A stretch of DNA of 64,000 bases, taken from NCBI GenBank assembly GCA_964549395.1, contig CAZJVY010000001.1:59990-123989 (forward strand), read 5' to 3'. Shown one piece after another: positions 11,834 to 21,290 of this stretch. Source of the DNA: an uncultured Armatimonadia bacterium (GTDB lineage: Bacteria; Armatimonadota; Zipacnadia; Zipacnadales; UBA11051). Positions within the stretch are counted from its first letter, which is position 1, and each line of letters begins with the position of its first letter. The notes under the pieces are model-generated. The model saw only the letters and a program-made list of their open reading frames with translations. It had not been told where the DNA came from and did no database searches. The position numbers and the translations under genes are program-made.

Positions 11834-14623
11834 TCACTGCGTGAGCATCGGCCTGCCGGCGGCGGTCGCTGTGACTGCTACCTCGATGAGCTGAAGACTA
11901 CCATCGGCGATGCGCACCTCGCGTCTGTTGACGTCGGTGCGGATTCTGGGATCGTCGGCGCCGGCGCCACGAGCGCGGCGGAGTGCGAGGTCTTCGGCGG
12001 CGGCTCCGGCGGCGGAGATGGCATCCTCCAGCTCGCGGTATTCTGTGCGCTGCTCGCGGCTGTGAAGAACGAAGTTGTCTATCTCCCCAGGGCGCACGAT
12101 CACCTTCTCGTGGACAATCACCTCCGAGGCGGCGGCTCCGATGGCGTTGGCCACCTCGGCGTGTTCAGGTATGATGAGATTGGCGCCGAGGCGTTCGGCA
12201 ACTGCGGGGAAGAACGGGCGCACAGGTGCGCCGATGGCGACCAGGTCGTGGTCGTAGCGAAAATGCACGTGGACGGGCCGGCCGTCATCCTCCGAAAGCG
12301 CGGCACCGAGTATCTCCGTGCATAGCGGGCAGTCACAGCCGGTGATGTCATGCGGCGGCAGACTGTAGGCCGAGGTAAGAACCTGCATGCAAAGGCGGCG
12401 GACAATCTGCTCGCGCACGCCGCAGATGATCTCGTCCTGTGGCGCACCGTAGAGCTCGGAGAAGACTACAAGGCCGTGTGCCGCCGCATCCACGTCCCAG
12501 GCGACAAACTCGCCGGTTACGTGCAGGATATCCGTGGGCGTCAGGGCACTGCGCTGGACATAGCCGGCATTCTCCAAGTGCCTTGTGTCGAGCAGTTGTG
12601 GGGACTGCAGGCCGAGACGGCGTGCGAGGGCGGCCCTGGATAGAGGGCCGCTGGCAAGGGCCTGCAATACTGCGGCTTGGCGCTCCGGCAGCCTGACGGA
12701 GGCCGGCGGATTGGCAACCAAAAGGAAGAAATCCAGCCCGGCGGCGGTGCCGCGGTCGCTCACGGACAGCGGTTGCAGGTCCAGCAACTGGGTGCGGGCA
12801 TCTGGAGAAGTTGCGGCCAGGTAGCATAGGGGGACGACGCGACGCGGGCCGACGCGGAGGGCGCGGTCGGGTGTGAAATCCACGTGACTGTCGCCGCCGA
12901 GGCCGATGGTGGCGATGTCGGCGGCCTCGACGCAGGTGCGCCATCCATTGACGCGCGCGCCGTGGGGATGAAGGCGCGGAAGGCCGCCGGCAATCGTGGC
13001 CGTGTCGGTTGTCGTGCCGCCCATATCGAAGATGAGACCATCTCTGACGCCTGTGAGGAACCTGGCTCCCACAACGCTGGCGGCGGGGCCGGAGAGGACG
13101 GTTTCCACCGGCCGCTGGAGAGCGACCGCTTCATTGACAAGCGAACCATCGCCCTTTACGACCATCAGGGGCGCTGCAACGCCGCGCTGCCGGAGTGCGG
13201 CTTTGACGGCGAGGATGAGCTGCCCGATGACGGCGAGAAGGCGGCCATTGAGGATTGCGGTATTGGCCCTGGTCGTGTAATCAAGTTGGGTGGAGAGATG
13301 ATGCCCGCAGATGACGGGCAGATCGGTCTCCTCGCGGAGAATCCGCTGGACCAGGTCTTCGTGAGCGGGGTTGCGGACGCTGCCGTAGCCACTGACGACA
13401 AAGGCGTCCACTCCTTCCTCAAGCAACTCGTGAGCAGCACGGCGCACCTCGTCGGCATCGAGGGGCTCGTGTTGCCGGCCGCTGATGGACATGGCACCGG
13501 CGAGCTTGCGGACAAGCCGCCACCTGATCGCGCCGGGTGGCGGCTCGAAGGGGGCCATGATAAGGACGCCCGGGCGGCCGCCCTTGTCCTCGACTATCGA
13601 GTTGGTCGCGAGAGTGGTCGAGAGCGCCACCATCGAGATGCGGTCAGTGGGAAGCAGGGCCAGCCGGTCGAGCGCTTCTGCGATGCCGACCGTCAAATCG
13701 TGTCTCGTGGTGAGGGCCTTGGCTTTGGCGATGACCCTGGCGGCGGCGAAGTCATATACGACGGCATCGGTATACGTGCCGCCGGCGTCAATGCCGAGGG
13801 CGACGATCGGCCGAGGGCTCGAGGTGATGGGACCGGATGGTACGTCTTCTCGAGCGCGTTGGTGCCCGGAAGCGTGCTGTGGATCAACGGCGACCAGGAG
13901 GCGACTGTCGCCGCTGGTGGCGGATTTCTGCCCCGGCTGGAGCACAAGCATGTGCTCGCCGTCCCAGTCGCCTTCGAGAGCGCGGCGGAGAATGCTGCTG
14001 TCGCCGGGCAGGCACTCGTACTCCCACCCCATGCTCTCGGCAAGTTGGCGGGCGTAGCGCTCATAGTCCTGCGGGGCCTCGCTGACAGTATCAACATAGG
14101 CGGCACGGGTGTAGTTGCGCTTCCAACTGTCGTAGAAGTGGAGTATGGAATGGGCGGCTTCCTCGCCGAAACGCGCGGCCCATTCCTTGAAGCGCGGGTC
14201 GCTGTCAGGCTCGCGCATTCTTTGCGCGTCGGCGATGTGGCGGGCCCCGGCGCGGACCTTCTTCTCATACCAGCCGGGAGTGATGTAGAAGGTGCCCGGA
14301 TGCCTGGTGAACTGCTCCATGTAGGCGGTTCGCGAGCCGAGGAACAGCGTGATGCAGTCATGGACGCGCAGTAGGACAACGGGCACGCTGCGGGCGACGA
14401 TGCCGCTGGTGCCACGGCCGCACAGGCCGTAGCCGGCGATGATGGCGTCATACCCTTGGCCTTCGGCTTCGTCAATGGCCTGCTGCAATTGAGAGCGCAG
14501 GCTATCGGGCTGCTCGTGCAAGCCGGCGTCGAGGAAATGCAGTTCGACTTCGTTGCGGACCTGGGCGGCGAGTTCGATCAGTTCGGGTTCAAACACGCCG
14601 CAGGCTACGACTTTGATGCGCAT
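11834..14623 (-). CDS. DUF1638-like domain fused to hydantoinase A/oxoprolinase-family ASKHA ATPase
   Basis: N-terminus has ACG, GLH..P..L, YGLCG.G and HDCI (DUF1638-like). Then GIDAGGTYTD, STTLATN, SGPAAS, DMGGTTTD, NAIGA (hydantoinase_A). Start chosen at the ATG with a GGAGA RBS. Confidence 0.85.
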   Translation of the reverse strand: MRIKVVACGVFEPELIELAAQVRNEVELHFLDAGLHEQPDSLRSQLQQAIDEAEGQGYDAIIAGYGLCGRGTSGIVARSVPVVLLRVHDCITLFLGSRTAYMEQFTRHPGTFYITPGWYEKKVRAGARHIADAQRMREPDSDPRFKEWAARFGEEAAHSILHFYDSWKRNYTRAAYVDTVSEAPQDYERYARQLAESMGWEYECLPGDSSILRRALEGDWDGEHMLVLQPGQKSATSGDSRLLVAVDPQHASGHQRAREDVPSGPITSSPRPIVALGIDAGGTYTDAVVYDFAAARVIAKAKALTTRHDLTVGIAEALDRLALLPTDRISMVALSTTLATNSIVEDKGGRPGVLIMAPFEPPPGAIRWRLVRKLAGAMSISGRQHEPLDADEVRRAAHELLEEGVDAFVVSGYGSVRNPAHEDLVQRILREETDLPVICGHHLSTQLDYTTRANTAILNGRLLAVIGQLILAVKAALRQRGVAAPLMVVKGDGSLVNEAVALQRPVETVLSGPAASVVGARFLTGVRDGLIFDMGGTTTDTATIAGGLPRLHPHGARVNGWRTCVEAADIATIGLGGDSHVDFTPDRALRVGPRRVVPLCYLAATSPDARTQLLDLQPLSVSDRGTAAGLDFFLLVANPPASVRLPERQAAVLQALASGPLSRAALARRLGLQSPQLLDTRHLENAGYVQRSALTPTDILHVTGEFVAWDVDAAAHGLVVFSELYGAPQDEIICGVREQIVRRLCMQVLTSAYSLPPHDITGCDCPLCTEILGAALSEDDGRPVHVHFRYDHDLVAIGAPVRPFFPAVAERLGANLIIPEHAEVANAIGAAASEVIVHEKVIVRPGEIDNFVLHSREQRTEYRELEDAISAAGAAAEDLALRRARGAGADDPRIRTDVNRREVRIADGSLQLIEVAVTATAAGRPMLTQ

Positions 14624-14657
14624 CAGGTCTTCTCCGTGCCATGTCGGGAAGTTGCTT

Positions 14658-16163
14658 TTACTGGCTGTGCCTGGTTCGATAGTCTGCAATAGCTTGCCAC
14701 GTCGCGTCAAGTGCATCCGCGTAGCGTATGTGCAAAGCGGGGTATAGTGGCGCAGCTTCAGGGCGTGGCGGTATCTCCTTGCGTATGGTCACCATCTCCG
14801 CGACTTCGCGGGCGGATGCGATGTGCCCGTACCCTATGGCGGCGAGCATCGCAGCACCGTAAGCGGCGGCCTCCGAGACCACGGGCAGCTTGACTGGCCG
14901 CCCCAGAGCGTCAGCCACGAGTTGGGCCCAGAAATCGCTGCTCGCCCCGCCGCCGATCATGCGGACCTCCGCGACCTCGTACTGCATGTCGGCCATCGCC
15001 TGCAGGACGGAGGCCGTCTGAGCGGCCACGGCTCGGAGCAGAGATAGATAGACATCGCCGCGCGTGTGGGATAGCTGCAGGCCGAGCAAAGCTCCCATTG
15101 CGTAGCTGCGGCCCAGCGGGGGGCCGGAACCGTAGAAATGGGGCAGGAAGACAAGCGGGGTGTGTCCCGTCTGTTCGGCGGCCTGGGCTTCCTTCACCAT
15201 GTCATCATAGTCGGCAACGTCGGCGTCGGGCAGTTGCGAGAAGCCGTCGCGGGCCCAGCGGAGCAGCGAGCCGCCTGCGTACGCGCCGAGAATGGCGATG
15301 CCTTCGGGCATGGCGTGGCAGTAGCTCTGCAGGCGCGATTTGCGGTCAATGTGCAGCTCTCCCGCCGCGCCGAGGACCACCCAGGCGGTGCCTGTGGAAA
15401 GCATTACGGTGCCGGGACTGACGGCACCGCAGCCGACTGCAGCGGCCGTCTGGTCGTGTGCACCGAGGACCACCAGGGTCTCCTGCGGCAAGTCCAGTTC
15501 CGAGGCGGCGTGGGCGGTCAGCGTGCCCACGGGCGTACCCGACTCGGCAACCTCAGCGATGCGGGCGCGGTCTACAGCGGCGACAGCAAGCAATTCGTCA
15601 GACCAGTCGCGAGTGTGCAAGTCAAGCAGCAGCGTACGCGAGGCATTAGGGGCATCCACCCTGTAACGGCCGGTGAGACGCGCCGTCAGGAAGTCCTGTA
15701 CCAGGCAGAAGCGGGCGGCGCGGGTGAATACCTCGGGGCGTTCATCGGCCAACCACAGGAGGGTCGCGGCGGCGGCGTATTCGGCAGCTCTGGAGCCGGT
15801 CATCTCCGTCCAGCGCTGGGCGGGCAGGCTCTCGGTCATGCGTTTGACCTGGGCGGTCGTGCGCCTGTCCATCCACAGCCGCGCAGGAAGCAGAGGGCGG
15901 CCATCGGTGTCCACCGGCACCATGGTGTCGCCCTGGGTCGAGAGGGCCAAGGCAACCGGCGGCTGCGGCAGTTGACCGGCAACCCGCGCCGTAACGTGCT
16001 TGAGGCAGCGCCACCAGTCTTCTGCGTCCTGTTCCGCCCAGCCGGGACGCGGCTGGGAATAGGCGTACTCGATGCCGTGGGCACATATCACGCGGCCCGT
16101 CTCGTCGGCGGCGAGTGCCTTGACCATCGTTGTGCCCACGTCAATGCCCAGGAAGTAGCGCAT
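14658..16163 (-). CDS. FGGY-family carbohydrate kinase (xylulokinase-like)
   Basis: LGIDVGTT..K, W.D.R, D..NASRT, HDQ.AA..G, STGT, GGGA.S..W.Q, AAAYGAA. Confidence 0.9.
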   Translation of the reverse strand: MRYFLGIDVGTTMVKALAADETGRVICAHGIEYAYSQPRPGWAEQDAEDWWRCLKHVTARVAGQLPQPPVALALSTQGDTMVPVDTDGRPLLPARLWMDRRTTAQVKRMTESLPAQRWTEMTGSRAAEYAAAATLLWLADERPEVFTRAARFCLVQDFLTARLTGRYRVDAPNASRTLLLDLHTRDWSDELLAVAAVDRARIAEVAESGTPVGTLTAHAASELDLPQETLVVLGAHDQTAAAVGCGAVSPGTVMLSTGTAWVVLGAAGELHIDRKSRLQSYCHAMPEGIAILGAYAGGSLLRWARDGFSQLPDADVADYDDMVKEAQAAEQTGHTPLVFLPHFYGSGPPLGRSYAMGALLGLQLSHTRGDVYLSLLRAVAAQTASVLQAMADMQYEVAEVRMIGGGASSDFWAQLVADALGRPVKLPVVSEAAAYGAAMLAAIGYGHIASAREVAEMVTIRKEIPPRPEAAPLYPALHIRYADALDATWQAIADYRTRHSQ

Positions 16164-16166
16164 CTG

Positions 16167-17447
16167 TCAGCTCTCTCTCCGTATGCCGGTCACGCATCTG
16201 TCGGCCAACTGCGCGTAGAAGTCGGCGAACTGCGCAGCCATGCGCCTCATGCTGTGGCGCTGTATGGTGCGCTGCACGGCTGCCTGCTGTTCGTCGAGCT
16301 GCTTGCCTGCAACCGGGTCCAGGCCGCGGCTATCGAGGTCTATGACGGTGCCTGCGACCAGCAGGTCGCGGTAGCTGAAGCCGAGCTCATCATCATACAG
16401 ATTGTCGTCACCCGCCTGCGGGACGGCATCAATGAAGTCGCTCAGCGCGTCCACGAGCGCGGCCGGGCTGTCAGGTGGGACCGTGCGTGCCTGTTTGACG
16501 TCACTCACGACTTCAGGAAGGCCGCCTTCTGCGGCGACCACAAGCGGAATCCCGTTAGCCAGGGCGTGCACCGCATGGTAGCGGGCCCCCGGGTAGTCGG
16601 CAGGTATGACGAGGACGTTGAGGGAGGCGATCACTTCCACAACGTCAGCGCGCTCGCCGAGAAACACCATACAGCCGCTAAGGCCCAGATTGTGCGCGAT
16701 TCCGGCAAACTCCTCTGTCTTCGCATCCTCGCCGATTGAGACGAAGTCCACATTGGGTGTTCTGGCCATGACGGTCTGGGCGGCCTCAAGGAAGCACCTA
16801 ATGCCGCGCGCGCCGGGTGGAGCCATCACACCGACTACTGCGGCACCGGGGTCGAGGCCGACCAGTCTGCGCTTGGCGCCAGGCTCGAAATCCTCTCGCA
16901 GGCTCTCCAGGGCGACCCCCTCCGGCACGATGCGCAGGTTGTGGAGCGGGTCAGGCGCAAGGGTTTGCAGTTGCAGAGATTCGTGTTCGGAATGGACGAT
17001 GACCATGTCGGCCTCGCGGACCACCCAGCGGGCGGCGGTCGCCACCCAGCGGCGCTGAAGAGCAGGTCTGTCGTCCAGGCCGGGGAGTCCATAGGGGGTG
17101 CAGATGACCGCAGGCTTCCTGCGTAGATGGCGCCGGGCGTACAGGGCCGTGAACGCTGCCTGGAAGCCATGGGCGTGCACTACGTCAGTCTGCTGGTCCT
17201 GGAGAAGCCGGGCGAGTCGCTTGGCGGTGTCTATCTGGCGCAGGGGATGCAAGTCGGCAGGCAGAGACATCTGCACCCAGTGAGCCTTGCTCATAGCGAG
17301 GCGGCGTTTGGAGTAATCGTCCAGCTCGCCGGCGACGATGGTGGCGAACTGGCGGCGCGGCATGTGGGAGACGAGGGTCAGGGCCTGATCCCGAATCGAG
17401 CGCGCGCCGGAACGGAGTATGTGCATTAGATGTATTGGTTCAGACAT
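16167..17447 (-). CDS. GT-B fold glycosyltransferase family 4-like protein (atypical)
   Basis: DVVHAHG, FLG.R.DV, A.G.P.V....GGLPEVV; the EX7E motif is degenerate. Confidence 0.75.
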   Translation of the reverse strand: MSEPIHLMHILRSGARSIRDQALTLVSHMPRRQFATIVAGELDDYSKRRLAMSKAHWVQMSLPADLHPLRQIDTAKRLARLLQDQQTDVVHAHGFQAAFTALYARRHLRRKPAVICTPYGLPGLDDRPALQRRWVATAARWVVREADMVIVHSEHESLQLQTLAPDPLHNLRIVPEGVALESLREDFEPGAKRRLVGLDPGAAVVGVMAPPGARGIRCFLEAAQTVMARTPNVDFVSIGEDAKTEEFAGIAHNLGLSGCMVFLGERADVVEVIASLNVLVIPADYPGARYHAVHALANGIPLVVAAEGGLPEVVSDVKQARTVPPDSPAALVDALSDFIDAVPQAGDDNLYDDELGFSYRDLLVAGTVIDLDSRGLDPVAGKQLDEQQAAVQRTIQRHSMRRMAAQFADFYAQLADRCVTGIRRES

Positions 17448-17515
17448 GGGTCACCGATGCGTCACGTGCAGTGGGTGGGACCGCCCACTCCCGGCATATC
17501 CAAGTCAGGCAGGGA

Positions 17516-18271
17516 TCAGGGGTGAAAGTACTGCCCGGACCAGTTCTGCTTGCGTAGATATGTTTTGACTGCATCGCTACGGTCTGTATTGCCGGGGTGC
17601 GTCATAAAGAGTATTTCGACATCGCTCGGATCTTTGCCCTGGATCTCGCTGAACTTTTGAAGCACAGCGAGGGCAGCAGTGGGATCGTAGCCGGCCGCGT
17701 AGGCATGTTGGAGTCCCATACGGTCGGCTTCGAACTCGTTGTCGCGGCCGTAGTCCTGGAGAACCAGACCAGCTACGAGCCCGGCGATCTCCCCGGTGCT
17801 GTCCTTGCCGAAGACAAGCTGAATGAGCAGTTCGTATCCCAGTGCCTTTTCGAGACGCCGCGAGGCATGTTGGCGGCGAACGTGGGTCGCTTCATGGCCT
17901 GCGACCCATGCCAACTGGTCTTCGTCGTAGTTGAGGGCGTCGAAGATGCCCTTGAAGAAGTAGATACGTCCGCCGGGGAATGCGACGGCGTTGACGGCGT
18001 CATCGGCGAGCACGCGGAAATCGTAGGGGTAGTCGGGCGGCTCGGCGGCCGGTTCGATGCGGGATGCTATTCGCTGCATGAGTGTATTGCGCCGCTGGTC
18101 GCGGTCGCGGCCGTACTGCTGTTCGAAATCGTCGCCGGCCTCGCGGCCGAGCTGAATCTCGTCGTCCGTGCTCAGCAACCTGGTACCGTCCTTGCAGCCG
18201 AGGAGAGAGATGAGGACTGCAGCGGCGAACACAATGGCACAGGCCCGCGTCAGATGGAGCATAGCACGCAT
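17516..18271 (-). CDS. M48-family Zn metalloprotease lipoprotein
   Basis: Lipobox LLGC, NAVAFPGG, HEATH (HExxH), E.EAD, F.THP. Confidence 0.9.
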   Translation of the reverse strand: MRAMLHLTRACAIVFAAAVLISLLGCKDGTRLLSTDDEIQLGREAGDDFEQQYGRDRDQRRNTLMQRIASRIEPAAEPPDYPYDFRVLADDAVNAVAFPGGRIYFFKGIFDALNYDEDQLAWVAGHEATHVRRQHASRRLEKALGYELLIQLVFGKDSTGEIAGLVAGLVLQDYGRDNEFEADRMGLQHAYAAGYDPTAALAVLQKFSEIQGKDPSDVEILFMTHPGNTDRSDAVKTYLRKQNWSGQYFHP

Positions 18272-18310
18272 GGAACGGTTCAACCCCTTTCTCATTCCTG
18301 ACAGAGTGGC

Positions 18311-18319
18311 ATTATACCA
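18311..18319 (-). promoter_or_regulatory. Extended -10 promoter (TGG-TATAAT) for the M48 gene
   Basis: Minus strand reads TGGTATAAT; no good -35 hexamer at 17 bp. Confidence 0.5.
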
Positions 18320-18417
18320 CTATCGCCGCCCAAGTGCTCGGCTGATGGCTGGTATTTCGGGCGCATCGGCACAATTACCTGCCCGCAATCGGGCGTGGTT
18401 TGGAGGTCCGCAGTCTG

Positions 18418-18446
18418 TTGCTTCCGGTCATTGTTTTTGCTATACT
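18418..18446 (+). promoter_or_regulatory. sigma70-type promoter for the ftsE operon
   Basis: TTGCTT-17 bp-TATACT with a TGn extension. Confidence 0.7.
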
Positions 18447-18511
18447 GGACTGGAGAGCAAATCGCAAAAACGCATGCAGCTATACAATACAACAGAAGAT
18501 GGCGACAGCTC

Positions 18512-19198
18512 ATGATACACATGGAGGGAGTCGGCCTGGTTTACCCTGACGGGACCCGGGCCCTGCGTTCGATAGACCTGCACATAGAGCGGGGCGAATT
18601 CTGCTTCCTGGTGGGGGCTTCGGGGAGCGGGAAGAGCTCGGTGTTGGGGCTGATCTACCGGGAGTTTGTGCCGACCGAAGGAAGGGTAAGCGTGGCCGGG
18701 CAGGACGTCGCGGCCTTGCCACGCAAGATGATACCGTACTTGCGGCGGCAGGTTGGCGTGGTTTTCCAGGATTTCCGGCTTCTACCTGACAAGACCGCAT
18801 GGGAGAACGTGGCATTTGCGCTGGACGTTCTGGGCGCCAGTCGGAAGGAGAAGCACTACAAGGTTCCGATCAGCCTGGAGCTTGTGGGCCTATCAGCGAA
18901 AAGCGACGCGTTTCCCCACCAGCTCTCCGGAGGTGAGCAGCAGCGCATCTGCATCGCCCGGGCTCTGGTGAACGCTCCCCCCGTACTGCTGGCGGATGAG
19001 CCGACCGGGAATCTGGACCCGGATGTGTCGTGGGAGATAACCCAACTGCTGGCGAACATCTCCGAACGCGGCACTACCGTTGTAATCGGCACCCACGACA
19101 AATACATCGTTGACCGCATCCATAGGCGTGTGGTCAGTCTCGTCCAGGGCACCATCGTGAGAGACGCCAAGCAGGGGGGCAGCTACGATGGAACGTAG
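18512..19198 (+). CDS. ftsE: Cell division ATP-binding protein FtsE
   Basis: [34 protein letters not shown]; adjacent to ftsX. Confidence 0.95.
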   Translation: MIHMEGVGLVYPDGTRALRSIDLHIERGEFCFLVGASGSGKSSVLGLIYREFVPTEGRVSVAGQDVAALPRKMIPYLRRQVGVVFQDFRLLPDKTAWENVAFALDVLGASRKEKHYKVPISLELVGLSAKSDAFPHQLSGGEQQRICIARALVNAPPVLLADEPTGNLDPDVSWEITQLLANISERGTTVVIGTHDKYIVDRIHRRVVSLVQGTIVRDAKQGGSYDGT

Positions 19199-20066
19199 CA
19201 GCGGCCTGGACTTCATACTCCTCGAGACGTGGACCGCGATCCGGCGTAACCCGCTGATAACGTTGGCCGCAATGGGGAACATGGCGATATCCCTGGCCAT
19301 ACTCGGGGCGTTCTTCCTCGGCGCAATCAACCTCGACTACATGGCGAGCTTGCAGGCCAAGAGCGCGTTCATCAGCGTTTATCTGGAAGATAAGGCGGAT
19401 GCCGGCGAGCTGGAGGCCAAACTATACGGCGACCTGCGCGTCAAGGAGACGGAGTTCGTCAGTAAGCAGCAGGCCTTGCAGGAATGGGCCGAGATGATGA
19501 GCGTTGATCCGGAGGCGTTGCGGATCATTGGCACCCCTCTGCCGGACATCATCCGAGTGAAGGTCGTGGACCCGAACGACATCGCAGCGGTTGCGGAGTT
19601 CGCGATGAAGCTGCCGGGCGTCGAAGATGCGACGTACAAGCGGGACGTGACCGACAAGATCCTGGTATTGTCACACGGGATCAAGGTGAGCGGCCTGGTG
19701 ATAGGGCTTCTGCTGGTCGCCGGCACGATGCTCATCGTGAGTACGACTATCCGGCTCACCATCTATGCCCGCCGGCGCGAGATCCGGATCATGCAACTCG
19801 TCGGGGCCACCAATTGGTTCATCAGGGCTCCGCTATTGTTTGAGGGCGGGTTCCAGGGGATTGTGGGCGGCATCCTGTCGGCAATTCTGCTGTGTGCGGG
19901 CTATGCACTCCTGCGGAGCTTCGTGGCGGATAACCTGCAATTCATCCAGCTCGTCTATTCGGCGCAATTCGTGATAGTGTTCGCGCTGGGGCTGGTTCTG
20001 GCCGGCGCCTTGTTCGGCGTTGCCGGCGCCCTGTTGAGCGCCAATCGCTATCTCGTAGAGGCGTAA
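19188..20066 (+). CDS. ftsX: Cell division permease FtsX
   Basis: Four-TM FtsX pattern, RRREI.IM.LVGAT.WFIR.P..EG. Confidence 0.95.
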   Translation: MERSSGLDFILLETWTAIRRNPLITLAAMGNMAISLAILGAFFLGAINLDYMASLQAKSAFISVYLEDKADAGELEAKLYGDLRVKETEFVSKQQALQEWAEMMSVDPEALRIIGTPLPDIIRVKVVDPNDIAAVAEFAMKLPGVEDATYKRDVTDKILVLSHGIKVSGLVIGLLLVAGTMLIVSTTIRLTIYARRREIRIMQLVGATNWFIRAPLLFEGGFQGIVGGILSAILLCAGYALLRSFVADNLQFIQLVYSAQFVIVFALGLVLAGALFGVAGALLSANRYLVEA

Positions 20067-20079
20067 GCGGGAGCTGTTG

Positions 20080-21252
20080 ATGCACAAGAAGGCACACGCG
20101 CAGGCTTCGTGGGCAGGCGTAGTGTTGTTGGTAGTCGCCTGCAGTACGTTGCTGGCAGCGGGACAGGCAGATGCGCAGAGCCGGTCCGCTCTCAAGCGCC
20201 GCCTGGGCCGCATTGCGGGAGAGAAGGCGGAGGTCAGGAGTCGGCTCAGGGACACCAAGGCGGAGCAACTGACCGCGCGCAATGAGTTGTGCGTGGCACA
20301 GCGGGATGTCGCTGAGGCGGAAAGACAACTCAAGGCCGCACAGTGGCAGCTTGGGAGAACACGCGGCACCATTCGCCGCGTGAAAGACGAACTGACGAAC
20401 ACCGAAGCGACGCTGAACCGTCATAAGCAGGAATTGGGGCAGCGCATCCTTGTCACGTACAAGGCCGGGATCCCCAGCTATCTGGAGGTGCTGCTCAATG
20501 CGACGGATTTCGGCGATTTCGTGAACCGTGCCGAGTTCAACGCGCGCATTGCGTCTGAGGACGCGGCATTGCTGCAGGCCATGACGGAGTACCAACATCG
20601 TCGCGAACAGCAGCGCGTGCAACTGCGGCAGAAGGAAGCGGAGCAGGTAAGCCTGCGCCGACAGGTGCAGGCACGCCGCGACGAAGTCGTCAGGAAGAAG
20701 CGACACGCCGAGGCTCTGGTAGAGAAAGCCAACGAGGACCGTGTCACCTACGAGCGGCAATTGGCAGAGATGGAAGCCGCCGAGAAGGCGGTAGAAGAGC
20801 TACTGGCTCGACTGCCGAGCGGCACGGGTCTATATGGCACATACAAGGGGAAATGGGCCGGGACATTTATCTGGCCCATGCGCGGGCGGATCACCTCGCC
20901 TTTCGGCATGAGATTGCATCCGATACTGGGCTATCGGAAGATGCACAAGGGCATTGACATCGCATTTGCGGGCTGCGGAGGAGCTCCCATCAAGGCGGCC
21001 GCGGACGGCCGCGTCGTACATGCGGGCTGGCGTGGCGCTTTGGGTGTATCGGCAATCATAGACCATGGCAGCGGCATGGGCACCGTGTACGGGCATTTCC
21101 AGAGCGGCAGTCTGCGCGTGGTGACGGGCCAGAATGTTACGCGGGGACAGGTGCTGGGGCGTTGCGGGACCACCGGCCGCTCTACCGGCAACCACCTGCA
21201 CTTCGGGGTGCTGCGCAACGGCAGATGCGTGGACCCGCTCGACTATCTATAG
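20080..21252 (+). CDS. Coiled-coil M23 peptidoglycan endopeptidase (EnvC/CwlO-like), copy 1
   Basis: Signal peptide, long coiled coil, WPMRGRITSPFG.R.HP, HKGID (HxxxD), STGNHLHF (HxH). Confidence 0.92.
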   Translation: MHKKAHAQASWAGVVLLVVACSTLLAAGQADAQSRSALKRRLGRIAGEKAEVRSRLRDTKAEQLTARNELCVAQRDVAEAERQLKAAQWQLGRTRGTIRRVKDELTNTEATLNRHKQELGQRILVTYKAGIPSYLEVLLNATDFGDFVNRAEFNARIASEDAALLQAMTEYQHRREQQRVQLRQKEAEQVSLRRQVQARRDEVVRKKRHAEALVEKANEDRVTYERQLAEMEAAEKAVEELLARLPSGTGLYGTYKGKWAGTFIWPMRGRITSPFGMRLHPILGYRKMHKGIDIAFAGCGGAPIKAAADGRVVHAGWRGALGVSAIIDHGSGMGTVYGHFQSGSLRVVTGQNVTRGQVLGRCGTTGRSTGNHLHFGVLRNGRCVDPLDYL

Positions 21253-21290
21253 CACAAGGAAGAATCGCGGTCGCGGATTGAGGGCTCAAT

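Noticed and set aside
12884-14374. 496-aa plus-strand ORF
   Set aside because: Antisense shadow of the hydantoinase fusion; no motifs; typical of high-GC codon bias.
15138-16739. 533-aa plus-strand ORF
   Set aside because: Lies antisense across the FGGY kinase and GT4 genes; no recognisable family.
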